The position numbers were made by a program, and so were the translations under genes. 43,847 nucleotides of DNA from NCBI GenBank assembly GCA_017882645.1, contig JADGPC010000021.1, positions 1 to 43,847 of the forward strand. Direction: 5' to 3'. The notes under the pieces are model-generated. The model was not told the DNA's origin. It did not search any database and worked only from the letters and a program-made list of their open reading frames with translations. Source of the stretch: Streptosporangiales bacterium (lineage in GTDB: Bacteria; Actinomycetota; Actinomycetes; Streptosporangiales; Streptosporangiaceae). Every line of letters starts with the position of its first letter. The stretch's first letter is position 1. This document shows positions 1 through 7,981 of this stretch, piece after piece.

Positions 1-379
1 CTGACCCGCCAGCCGCCAGCACCAGCGGGCGCTCCGCTCCCCCGGCGTCCCAGACGAAGTAGCCGCCGACCGGCCCGCGCAGCTCAAGCTCGTCGCCTGG
101 GCGCAGCTCGCCGGTGAGGTACGGCGAGACCTCGCCGTCAGCGATCCGCTGCACGGTGATGGCGACCGGCTCGCCAGGCGCCGAGGCGATCGAGTACGAG
201 CGCTCGGCGACATACCCGTCCTCGGCCGTCAGCCGCACGTCCAGGTGCTGCCCGGCCCGGTGCCCGGCCCAGTCCGGCACGTCGAGCTCGATGGTGCGGA
301 CCGTCGACGTCTCGTCCATCACCTCGCCGACCGTGGCGATCTGCCAGGTCAGTCGCCCGCGTACCGCTGTTCCTGCCAT
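1..379 (-). CDS. FAD-binding oxidoreductase (ferredoxin-reductase type), N-terminal part; 3' end lies outside the window
   Basis: Reverse frame from ATG 379-377 reads MAGTAVRGRLTWQIATVGEVMDETSTVRTIELDVPDWAGHRAGQHLDVRLTAEDGYVAERSYSIASAPGEPVAITVQRIADGEVSPYLTGELRPGDELELRGPVGGYFVW. It carries the R-x-Y-S flavin-binding motif and the beta-barrel pattern of FNR-type reductases. It overlaps the stop of the upstream molybdoenzyme gene by 31 nt. It is absent from the ORF track because no stop falls inside the window. Confidence 0.6.
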   Translation of the reverse strand, partial: MAGTAVRGRLTWQIATVGEVMDETSTVRTIELDVPDWAGHRAGQHLDVRLTAEDGYVAERSYSIASAPGEPVAITVQRIADGEVSPYLTGELRPGDELELRGPVGGYFVWDAGGAERPLVLAAGGS

Positions 380-957
380 GGGTCTCCGTACATGTGGTAG
401 CCGTAAGTCTCCCAGAACCCTGGCTCGTCGGAGTCGAGCAGCCGCAGCCCGCGCACCCACTTCGCGCTCTTCCAGAAGTACAGGTGCGGCACGAGCAGCC
501 GCGCGGGACCGCCGTGCTCGGGGTCGAGCGGCTCGCCGTCGTAGCCGAACGCCAGCCAGCCCCGGCCGCCGGTCAGGTCGTCGAGCGGCAGGTTGGTGGT
601 GTACCCGCCGTCGCAGTAGGCCACGACATACGCCGCGTCATGCTCGACCTGCGCCAGCAACGTGTCCAGCGAGACCGCCTGCCAGCGGGTGTCGAGCTTG
701 GACCAGCGGGTGACGCAGTGGATGTCCGTGGTGACCGTCTCGTCCGGCAGCGCCCGCATCTCCGGCCAGGTCCACGACTTGGCTGCGCCGCCCGGCTGGC
801 CGACCGTGAACGTCCACTGGTCGAGCGGCGTGCGCGGCGTCGGGCCGGCCGACAGCACGGGGAAATCCTCGGTGACGTACTGACCCGGGGGCACCCGGCC
901 TTCAGCCCCTTCCGGGTCGCGGCGGCGGCCGTGAAAGCCGCGCGACACATGACTCAT
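349..957 (-). CDS. Sulfite-oxidase-like molybdopterin oxidoreductase (YedY/MsrP-like catalytic domain)
   Basis: Track ORF 349..1215. The conserved part starts at MSHVSRGFHGRRR (ATG 957-955). Motifs PGQYVTEDFPVL, TDIHCVTRWSKLDTRWQAVSL, GGPARLLVPHLYFWKSAKWVRGL and FWETYGYH are typical of this family. The upstream 86 codons are Ala/Pro/Gly-rich and overlap the divergent promoter region. ATG 1002 is an alternative start. Confidence 0.8.
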   Translation of the reverse strand: MSHVSRGFHGRRRDPEGAEGRVPPGQYVTEDFPVLSAGPTPRTPLDQWTFTVGQPGGAAKSWTWPEMRALPDETVTTDIHCVTRWSKLDTRWQAVSLDTLLAQVEHDAAYVVAYCDGGYTTNLPLDDLTGGRGWLAFGYDGEPLDPEHGGPARLLVPHLYFWKSAKWVRGLRLLDSDEPGFWETYGYHMYGDPWQEQRYAGD

Positions 958-1087
958 ACCGTGAGCTCCTTCCCGCGCCGCGGACTTTGCGGTACTGGCC
1001 ATCGCTTCAGCCTTATTCTCTACCCCGATACTCTCGACGGAGAACGTTCCGGCTGATGGCGGGGTGCCACAGGCAGGAGGCGTGCGG

Positions 1088-2644
1088 GTGGATGCTGCCG
1101 GTGGCCCTGGCCCGAATCCAGCCCATGGGCCTGAGCTGCGGGTATCCAGCGGAGCTGGCCGCTGGGTGCTGCTGGCGACGGTACTCGGCTCGGCCATGGC
1201 GTCGATCGACGCCACGGTCGTGGGAATCGCGCTGCCCGCGATCGGCCGTGAGTTCGGCGCCAGCCTGGCCGATCTGCAATGGGTCGTGACCGCCTACACG
1301 CTCACGCTGGCCGGCCTGCTGCTGTTCGCCGGCTCCCTGAGCGACAGGTACGGCCGCCGGCTCACGTTCGTTGCCGGCGTGCTGTGGTTCGCGGTCGCCT
1401 CAGTCCTGTGCGGCCTGGCCCCGAACGCCGGAATCCTCATCGCGGCGCGGGCACTGCAAGGTATCGGGGCCGCGCTGCTGACTCCTGGCAGCCTGGCGAT
1501 CATCGAGGCCTCCTTTCATCCCGACGACCGCGGCAAGGCCATCGGCGCCTGGTCCGGCTTCAGCGGTGTCGGGACAGCTATCGGCCCGTTCATCGGCGGC
1601 TGGCTGATTCAGGCCGTGTCGTGGCGGCTGATCTTCGCGATCAACGTGCCGATCGCCGCCCTGGTGGTCGCGGTTGCCCTGCGGCACGTCCCGGAATCCC
1701 GTGACGCGCAGATGACCGGCAAGGTGGATGTTCTGGGCGGCGTGCTCGTCACCTTCGGCCTGATCGGCATCACCTACGGCCTGATCGACGGGCCGTCCGC
1801 GGGCTGGATGAGCCCGGCGCCGCTCGCCGCGCTAGTCGTCGGCGCGCTGCTGCTGGCCGCCTTCCTGGTCCGGGAGAAGCGGGCCGCCGCGCCGGTCCTG
1901 CCGCTAGGGCTGTTCGCCTCGGCTCAGTTCAGCGCGGCGAACGTGGTCACTTTCGCGGTGTACGGCGCGCTCGGCGGCCTGCTGTTCCTGCTCCCGATCG
2001 AGCTTCAGCAGGTGTCCGGGGACACCGCGCTCGAGGCTGGCATCTCGCTGCTGCCCGTGACCGCGATCATGCTGGTCCTCTCCGCGCGCTCGGGTGCCCT
2101 CGCCGCCCGGATCGGCCCTCGGCTGCAGATGACCGTCGGCCCGTTCGTGCTCGCCGCGGGGCTAGCGCTGTTCGCGCGCATCGGCGCATCAGGCAGCTAC
2201 CTCAGTGACGTCCTGCCCGCCGTCCTTGTCTTCGGATTCGGCCTGGCGATCATCGTGGCCCCGCTGACCTCGACCGTTCTGGCCGCGGCCCCGGCCAGGA
2301 ACGCCGGCGCTGCCTCAGCCATCAACAACGACGTGGCCCGCGCCGCGGGGCTGGTCGCCGTCGCCGTGCTGCCCGCCGCCGCCGGCCTGTCGGGCGCTGC
2401 CTACCTCAATTCGCACCTGTTCGCGGCCGGCTTCCGCACCGCCTCGTTCATCTCGGCCGGACTGTGCGTTGTCGGCGGCGCGGTGGCCGCCGCGACCATC
2501 CGCAACCCGCGCCGGGCCGCCGGTCTCGAAGCCGCGTCCGCCGCCAGCAGGCTCGCGATCTCGCACTGCGGCCTGGACTGCCCGCCGGCCAGGACAAGCG
2601 AGGCGGTCGCTCCAGCGTCGGGTCTACGCCCGGACGGCTCCTAG
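1088..2644 (+). CDS. MFS transporter, DHA2 (EmrB/QacA-like, 14-TMS type)
   Basis: Track ORF 1064..2644. It shows a continuous series of hydrophobic segments. MFS motifs present: SIDATVVGIALPAI, LSDRYGRR and LQGIGAALLTPGSLAII. Start placed at GTG 1088, 7 nt after AGGAGG (1075-1080). GTG 1064 and GTG 1082 are in frame and possible. Confidence 0.85.
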   Translation: MDAAGGPGPNPAHGPELRVSSGAGRWVLLATVLGSAMASIDATVVGIALPAIGREFGASLADLQWVVTAYTLTLAGLLLFAGSLSDRYGRRLTFVAGVLWFAVASVLCGLAPNAGILIAARALQGIGAALLTPGSLAIIEASFHPDDRGKAIGAWSGFSGVGTAIGPFIGGWLIQAVSWRLIFAINVPIAALVVAVALRHVPESRDAQMTGKVDVLGGVLVTFGLIGITYGLIDGPSAGWMSPAPLAALVVGALLLAAFLVREKRAAAPVLPLGLFASAQFSAANVVTFAVYGALGGLLFLLPIELQQVSGDTALEAGISLLPVTAIMLVLSARSGALAARIGPRLQMTVGPFVLAAGLALFARIGASGSYLSDVLPAVLVFGFGLAIIVAPLTSTVLAAAPARNAGAASAINNDVARAAGLVAVAVLPAAAGLSGAAYLNSHLFAAGFRTASFISAGLCVVGGAVAAATIRNPRRAAGLEAASAASRLAISHCGLDCPPARTSEAVAPASGLRPDGS

Positions 2645-2869
2645 CGTCCTGCCGGGCCGTGGTATACAGTCGAGTCAGTCGATGGTGCGCCCGGTTGGCG
2701 GGCGACCGCTCTTCTGCGGAGCGGCCTCACCAGCTCCGCTCGGTTCGCGATCCGGACCGGGCGTCGAGAGCCTGTTACTAACTGCCGGGTTGATCCGGCC
2801 GTCAGCGTTCTGCCGGTTACCAGGCTCAGGCGCGGCCAGCTCGCGCATCCCGACTGCCCTTCTTCATGT

Positions 2870-2954
2870 CCGCCCGATTGCCGGGCTCCTCCCCGATCCG
2901 CCCGATTGCCGGGCTCCTCCCCGTATCCGCCCGACTCCCGGGCTCGTCCCTCGA
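2870..2954 (+). repeat. Three tandem C-rich ~28-nt direct repeats in the rho leader
   Basis: Unit 1 is 2870-2897 ccgcccgattgccgggctcctccccgat. Unit 2 is 2898-2926 ccgcccgattgccgggctcctccccgtat. Unit 3 is 2927-2954 ccgcccgactcccgggctcgtccctcga (diverged). The array ends 11 nt before the rho start codon region. Confidence 0.9.
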
Positions 2955-2965
2955 AAGGATTTTCG

Positions 2966-4201
2966 ATGACTACCACTACCTATCCGCCGGAAACCAGACC
3001 TCGCCCGGCGCGCCCGCCTGGGCCGGACGACAACCAGGCCGAGACCGTCCCGGTGTCCGGGATCCTCGACACCGGCGGCAACCAGCCTTTCATCCGCACC
3101 GGCGGCTACCGGCGCAGTCCCGGCGACATCTACGTGCCGATGACCATGGTCAGGCAGGACGGCCTGCGCCCGGGCGATCACGTCGCCGGCGCCGCGCGCC
3201 CGGCTCGCCAGGGCGGCGGAGACGACCGGGCTGGCCGCGCCGTCAAGGAGAGCGACCGGCGCAGCGCGCTGGTCCGCGTCGACACCGTCAACGGCCTGCA
3301 GCCGGGGGCGGCCAGGGCGCGCCGCGACTTCGATCAGCTGACCCCGCTGTACCCGCAGGAGCGTCTCCTCCTTGAATCTGCCGGCGGCTCGCCGACCGCC
3401 CGGATCATCGATCTGGTCAGCCCGATCGGCAAAGGCCAGCGCGGGCTCATCGTGGCCCCGCCCAGGGCCGGCAAGACCATGGTGCTGCAGGCCATCGCGG
3501 CCGCTATCGCCGCCAATCACCCCGACGTGCACCTGATGGTCGTGCTGGTCGGCGAGCGGCCTGAGGAAGTCACCGACCTCAGGCGCTCCGTTCAAGGGGA
3601 AGTCATCTATTCCACGTTCGACCAGTCCGCCGACGAGCACATCACGACCGCCGAACTGGCCATCGAGCGGGCCAAGCGCCTGGTCGAGGCCGGCCGCGAC
3701 GTCGTCGTGCTCCTCGACTCGATCACCAGGCTCGGCCGCGCCTACAACCTGGCCGCGCCCGCGACCAGCCGCATCCTCGCCGGCGGGGTGGCAACGTCGG
3801 CCCTTCAGCCGCCGCGCAAGTTCCTCGGCGCGGCCAGGAACATCGAGGAGGGCGGCTCGCTGACGATCCTGTCCACCGCACTGGTCGAGACGGGCTCCCG
3901 GATGGACGACGTCTTCTTCGAGGAATTCAAGGGCACCGGGAACATGGAGCTGCGGCTCCGCCGGGACCTGGCCGAGAAGCGGCTGTACCCGGCGATCGAC
4001 GTGATGCCGTCCGGAACGCGCCGCGACGACCTGCTGATGACACCGCGGGAGCACGCGGCCGTCGCCAGCCTGCGCCGCGCGCTCGCCGCGCTCGACCCCC
4101 AGCAAGCACTGGAGCTGCTGCTCGACAAGACCCGCGAGACCTCATCGAACCTGGAGTTCCTGCACCAGATTCAGGCCAGCGCCCGGCCCCGCCGTTCGTG
4201 A
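2966..4201 (+). CDS. rho: Transcription termination factor Rho (compact form, 411 aa)
   Basis: Track ORF 2906..4201. ATG 2966 is preceded by GAAAGGA (2953-2959). It is collinear with E. coli Rho from the OB-fold RNA-binding domain onward ([20 protein letters not shown].. [18 protein letters not shown]). Other matches: [22 protein letters not shown] (Walker A), [57 protein letters not shown] and LYPAIDV. Confidence 0.92.
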   Translation: MTTTTYPPETRPRPARPPGPDDNQAETVPVSGILDTGGNQPFIRTGGYRRSPGDIYVPMTMVRQDGLRPGDHVAGAARPARQGGGDDRAGRAVKESDRRSALVRVDTVNGLQPGAARARRDFDQLTPLYPQERLLLESAGGSPTARIIDLVSPIGKGQRGLIVAPPRAGKTMVLQAIAAAIAANHPDVHLMVVLVGERPEEVTDLRRSVQGEVIYSTFDQSADEHITTAELAIERAKRLVEAGRDVVVLLDSITRLGRAYNLAAPATSRILAGGVATSALQPPRKFLGAARNIEEGGSLTILSTALVETGSRMDDVFFEEFKGTGNMELRLRRDLAEKRLYPAIDVMPSGTRRDDLLMTPREHAAVASLRRALAALDPQQALELLLDKTRETSSNLEFLHQIQASARPRRS

Positions 4202-4279
4202 GCGCGGCCCGGTTGTCCCCAGCCGGCCGACCTGCCATGCTGGCGAGCGTCATACGCGTGGACCTGAACGGGGAAAGCC

Positions 4280-4630
4280 ATGGCGGAGCGGTTCGCGACG
4301 ATCGAGGAGTACATCAGCTCGTTTCCTGACGATGTCCAGGAGATCCTCGAGGAAATCCGGCGCAGGATCCTGCGCGTCGTCCCGGCGGCCGGCCAGAAGA
4401 TCAGCTACCAGATGCCGACAGTGACCCTTCATGGCCGGAATCTCGTTCATTTCGGCGCGTGGAAGAAGCACATCGCCGTCTACCCCATGCCCGCGGACGA
4501 AGCCCTCAGGGCTGAGCTCGCGCCGTACCTGGCCGGCCAGAGCACCGCCCGGTTCCCGCTCTCCGAGCCGGTCCCCTATGACCTGATTGAGCGCCTGGTC
4601 GGGCAGCTGGCTGACCAGCGTGCTCAGTGA
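4280..4630 (+). CDS. DUF1801 (YdhG-like) domain protein
   Basis: 116-aa ORF, with GGGGAAAG before the ATG. IEEYISSFPDDVQEILEEIRRRI..ISYQMPT..GRNLVHFGAWKKHIAVYP is the usual DUF1801 pattern. Its stop overlaps the convergent giant ORF by 7 nt. Confidence 0.75.
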   Translation: MAERFATIEEYISSFPDDVQEILEEIRRRILRVVPAAGQKISYQMPTVTLHGRNLVHFGAWKKHIAVYPMPADEALRAELAPYLAGQSTARFPLSEPVPYDLIERLVGQLADQRAQ

Positions 4631-7600
4631 CCGGCTTCGGCGATCAGGCTGGCGAACAAACCGAGGAAGGTCGAGCCGTCCGATCCGTCGGGGTCGGCCA
4701 TGTCATGCGTGGCTGGCAGCACGCTCGTGTCGGCCGGGCCCGGCCACAGCGGCTGGATCTGCCCGAGGCCACCTTCCGCCAGCCAGTCGGTGACCAGCTG
4801 GAAGGCCGACGCCGGGTGGCCAAGCCGGAGAAAGTCCGCTGACGGGGAGCCGGCTCCCGGCGGCTGAATGGCCATTTTCGCGGCCATCAGGGCCCGCCGG
4901 AACGCCCGCACGTTCCTGGAATAGCCGTTGTCGAGCTGCCGGTCGAACGATGCCACGGCCGCCGAGCCGTCGAAGGTCATTCCGCGGCGGCGGAAATGGG
5001 TCGCTCCGGTCAGCGACCAGACGTCGTCGACGATGACGCTCGTGGTCCTGATGAAGGCCGTGCGGCCGGGGAAGCCGACCGGATGGAACACCGCGATCCG
5101 GTCCGGCGCCGCCTGGAGCAGCATCGCCACCGCCTCGGCCCGGGCCTGATAGTGCTCGCGTGACCAGCCGGGATAGTTCGCCGCGAAGTCCGCCTCACGC
5201 GGCACGCAGATGATCACTTTCAGGTTGGGATGATCACCCAGGCTGGTCACGATCTCAGCCACGAGGTCAACTTGCTCGTCGGTAGCCGGGCCGGCGGGGC
5301 GCGCGGTCCGCGCGAACTGAGGCGACTCGATATAGATCAGCTCGCGTGCCTCGCGCAGCGCCCGGCGCAGTGACCACTGGGCGTCCCTGAGGCCGTGCGC
5401 GGAGACCACGCACTCTCGTCGGATCTCGCCGATCATGCGGACGTCGTTGGCGGCGGTCACGGTCGGCGCCGGGATCCCGATGCCGGACGCGATCGAGTTC
5501 ACTGCCTGCTGGATGCTCGTGCCCGGGTCGGGCGGCGTGACCAGGCTCAATTCCGGTGTCTCGCACACCGCCGCGACGGTCTCCAGGAGCACCCCGACGC
5601 CGGTGTTCGTGGTCGAGGTGTCCGACGGCTCGTTGAAGTTGTCACCGTCCAGCGCGACGATCCAGCCGGGCGACGCGCTCGGGATGCCGGGGAACGGGAT
5701 GATCGGCTGAGCTCGGCGCATGGCGTGCCTGGCCAGGTCGTAGGCGAGGCCGCCGGTCACGTGGATGCCGGGCGCATGCAGGTCGGGTCCGGCGGGATGG
5801 CCGGGATTCCCGCTGGCGTGCAGGGCCGACCGGGTCTCGCGGGCCCACCGGCCGCCGGTCAGCACGGCCTCCCACAGCAAGGTCCCGCCCGGGGTACCGC
5901 CGGTCGCGCCGGTGGCCAGGATGGTCTCGAACCTGGCCATGGTCGGCAGCCGGGGCCCCTGCCGCGGCGCCGCGTCGGAGGCCAGTGCCCGCAGGAACGC
6001 CACCAGGTTCGACGGCGCGGTGCTCGGCGGCGTCACCGTGTCCGGGATTCCGAACAGCGGCGACGGCGCGATCGACTCGAAGTCGGGCGTCATGGCCGTC
6101 AGCGCGTTGCTGCCGGCGAACGAGTCCGCCGGGGCCGGCTCAGGACCCGCAGCGACGGCGGCGACGACGGCTCCCCACATCTTCCTGGCCCCGCTGCGCG
6201 GCGCCACCACGATATCCATCGTCAGGCTGGCCGGGCTCGGCCTCGGCTGCCCGCCGGCCAGCTGGAACGGATTTATCAGCAGGATCGACGTCGGCTGGCC
6301 AGCGTGAGCGATCGCCGCTCCCCCGTCGCCGCGCAGGAACGACGGCTCGGCGGTGATGGCCGGAATCGTGACATAGACCTGCGGGTAGATCCGGACATGC
6401 GCTCCGTCCGGGGCCTTGTCGGCGGCAATCGTCACGACGACGTCATCGCCCGAGGTGAAAGCGGCGGTGATGCCGTCCTTCGCCGACGCGGCCGAAGAGC
6501 CGAAGCCGGTACCCGGGTTCGGGGCCGGGAACGTCGGCCAGTGCGCGCCGGCCCCGGGCTGAGCGGGCATCGCGACGGTCCCGTCGATCGCCGGCGACAC
6601 CGCGAGGATCATGCCCTGCGACGGACGGGTCGCGACGGCCGAAGCCTGGCCGAGCGTATCCGGGCCGTCGGCCAGGTAGTCGATCACGATCTGGTCCCTG
6701 ACCTTCGGCAGCAGGTCGGCGGGGATGGCCTGGTCGTCGCCGGCGATGTCAAGGATCTCCGAGTCCGTCCGGTTGCCCAGCAGCGCCCAGCTGGTGTCCA
6801 CCACCATCAGGCGAAAGAATTTCTGGCTCAACGAGGGCGCGGGCGTTCCTGTTGTCGGCAGAGCCGGCGGGATGAGCCTGGTCCTGGCCAGGACGCCGTT
6901 GGTCGCCCAGCCCCAGCGGAGCCGGCCGCTGTCGGGCGCCGGGCTGGCGACGTCGATGCCGTCGCCGTCGTTCAGCGTGGTCAGCCCGCTGGCGGGAACT
7001 ATTCCGGTCTGATTCCCGCTGCCGTCGGTGGTGACCAGGGTGGCGGTATCAAGCGCTGGCTGGTACACGTCGCCGTGCGGGCTGGTGACGTGGACCAGTG
7101 TCGCTGACCCGAGGCCCGCGATGGACTGGACTCCCCCGGCGCCGCTCGCCGGGGACGTCGAGGTCCGGCCGGTCAGGCCGGTCAGCCAGGCCTGGAGGTC
7201 GGCGAAGACCGAGGCGACGTAAACCGGGTCGACGATCAGCCCCCGGCTGTCGTGGAACGAGACCGGGCCGCTGATCGGGGCCATCGCCTCGTCTGGCTCG
7301 AACCAGCGCGGCCCGGTGAAGCCCTGCGCGCCGCGGACAACCATGGCCTGCGGCACTGGCAGGATCAGCGGGCCGGTCCCGCTGCCGTACCTGGCCTGCA
7401 TCAGCGTCTCCAGCCGCCACGCGGCCGCGGGGTGAGTCCGGAAGACCGCGCAGGTTCCGCTCAGCGGCTCGCCGTCGGCCCCGGTGAAGGCCTGGGTCCG
7501 GCCGCCAGCGGCAAGCTTCAGCGAGACCTTGGCCCCGGCCTTGAAGGACTGCGCGGTCGTGTTGGCCGCGGCACGGGCGATGGTCAGGGAATCGCCGCTG

Positions 7601-7980
7601 CGGGCCGAGCACGAGACGATCTCCTGCTTCGGGCCGGCCGCATCGGACACGGTCAGCAGGACGTCGCCGCCCGCCGGGCTGGGAAATGCGTCGCCGTCAC
7701 CCGCCGCCACGGTCAGCGTCATGTCGCCAGCGCCGAGCTCGGCGGCGAGAGTCGAGGACACCGGGGAGAAAGCGAAGTCGAGTATGCCCCGGAAGGGCGC
7801 GTGCAGCGCGCCGATGCTCAGCGTCAGGGCGGCCGGGTCGTAGTCTGCGCCGGCCGGCGTGGCGTCGGCCCAGCGGGTGGACAGCGCGACGGTGGTCAGG
7901 CCGAGCGTGTCCAGCCCGTTGCCCTGAAGGTCCTGCTGGATGTCGGATGGCGTGATCGTGGTGATGGTCACCGCTGGCAT
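4624..7980 (-). CDS. Giant protein C (1118 aa), unknown function; C-terminal degenerate PLD/HKD-like fold
   Basis: Uninterrupted 1118-codon ORF. ATG 7980 lies 1 nt after the stop of the upstream ORF (TGAcATG). No N-terminal signal peptide (MPAVTITTITPSD). The N-terminal QEIVSCSARSGDSLTIARAAANTTAQSFKAGAKVSL resembles a motif seen in phage tail proteins. The C-terminus has RELIYIESPQF ... FIRTTSVIVDDVWSLTGATHFRRRGMTFDGS, a PLD-like arrangement with H and K replaced. Confidence 0.85.
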   Translation of the reverse strand: MPAVTITTITPSDIQQDLQGNGLDTLGLTTVALSTRWADATPAGADYDPAALTLSIGALHAPFRGILDFAFSPVSSTLAAELGAGDMTLTVAAGDGDAFPSPAGGDVLLTVSDAAGPKQEIVSCSARSGDSLTIARAAANTTAQSFKAGAKVSLKLAAGGRTQAFTGADGEPLSGTCAVFRTHPAAAWRLETLMQARYGSGTGPLILPVPQAMVVRGAQGFTGPRWFEPDEAMAPISGPVSFHDSRGLIVDPVYVASVFADLQAWLTGLTGRTSTSPASGAGGVQSIAGLGSATLVHVTSPHGDVYQPALDTATLVTTDGSGNQTGIVPASGLTTLNDGDGIDVASPAPDSGRLRWGWATNGVLARTRLIPPALPTTGTPAPSLSQKFFRLMVVDTSWALLGNRTDSEILDIAGDDQAIPADLLPKVRDQIVIDYLADGPDTLGQASAVATRPSQGMILAVSPAIDGTVAMPAQPGAGAHWPTFPAPNPGTGFGSSAASAKDGITAAFTSGDDVVVTIAADKAPDGAHVRIYPQVYVTIPAITAEPSFLRGDGGAAIAHAGQPTSILLINPFQLAGGQPRPSPASLTMDIVVAPRSGARKMWGAVVAAVAAGPEPAPADSFAGSNALTAMTPDFESIAPSPLFGIPDTVTPPSTAPSNLVAFLRALASDAAPRQGPRLPTMARFETILATGATGGTPGGTLLWEAVLTGGRWARETRSALHASGNPGHPAGPDLHAPGIHVTGGLAYDLARHAMRRAQPIIPFPGIPSASPGWIVALDGDNFNEPSDTSTTNTGVGVLLETVAAVCETPELSLVTPPDPGTSIQQAVNSIASGIGIPAPTVTAANDVRMIGEIRRECVVSAHGLRDAQWSLRRALREARELIYIESPQFARTARPAGPATDEQVDLVAEIVTSLGDHPNLKVIICVPREADFAANYPGWSREHYQARAEAVAMLLQAAPDRIAVFHPVGFPGRTAFIRTTSVIVDDVWSLTGATHFRRRGMTFDGSAAVASFDRQLDNGYSRNVRAFRRALMAAKMAIQPPGAGSPSADFLRLGHPASAFQLVTDWLAEGGLGQIQPLWPGPADTSVLPATHDMADPDGSDGSTFLGLFASLIAEAGH

Positions 7981-7981
7981 G

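Noticed and set aside
958-1215. N-terminal 86-codon extension of the molybdoenzyme ORF (349..1215), and plus-strand ORFs 114..713 and 394..1056
   Set aside because: The extension is low-complexity and would run across the divergent MFS promoter and start. Family members begin near MSxxRGFHGRRR. The plus-strand ORFs are antisense artefacts.
2870-2954. Possibility that the tandem repeats upstream of rho, or those at 29661-29684, 30136-30180 and 36509-36544, are CRISPR arrays
   Set aside because: The repeats are directly adjacent or 4 nt apart with no unique spacers of 25-40 nt. There are only 2-3 copies and no cas genes are nearby.
4202-4279. Intrinsic terminator after rho (cggcccgg...ccggccg), and a 6-bp hairpin after the MFS gene (about 2707-2725)
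   Set aside because: The stems are short or imperfect and no U-tract follows. They are too weak to call from sequence alone.
4624-4630. Convergent gene-end overlaps: DUF1801 with giant C by 7 nt, lhr with the sigma remnant by 4 nt at 28850-28853, and ACAD with HAD by 13 nt at 33411-33423
   Set aside because: These are real in the sequence, but short convergent overlaps without terminators are common in compact high-GC genomes. No further structure was seen to suggest a regulatory role.
5395-7107. Long plus-strand ORF (570 aa) antisense to giant ORF C. Similar cases are 8609..9838, 10532..11626, 13057..13887 and 15595..17337, antisense to B and A.
   Set aside because: Their composition is dominated by Arg/Gly/Asp/Pro/Ala with no motifs, as expected for stop-poor antisense frames in roughly 70% GC DNA. 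The reverse-strand frames give coherent, low-Arg, structured-looking proteins and are chained by coupled stop/start junctions.
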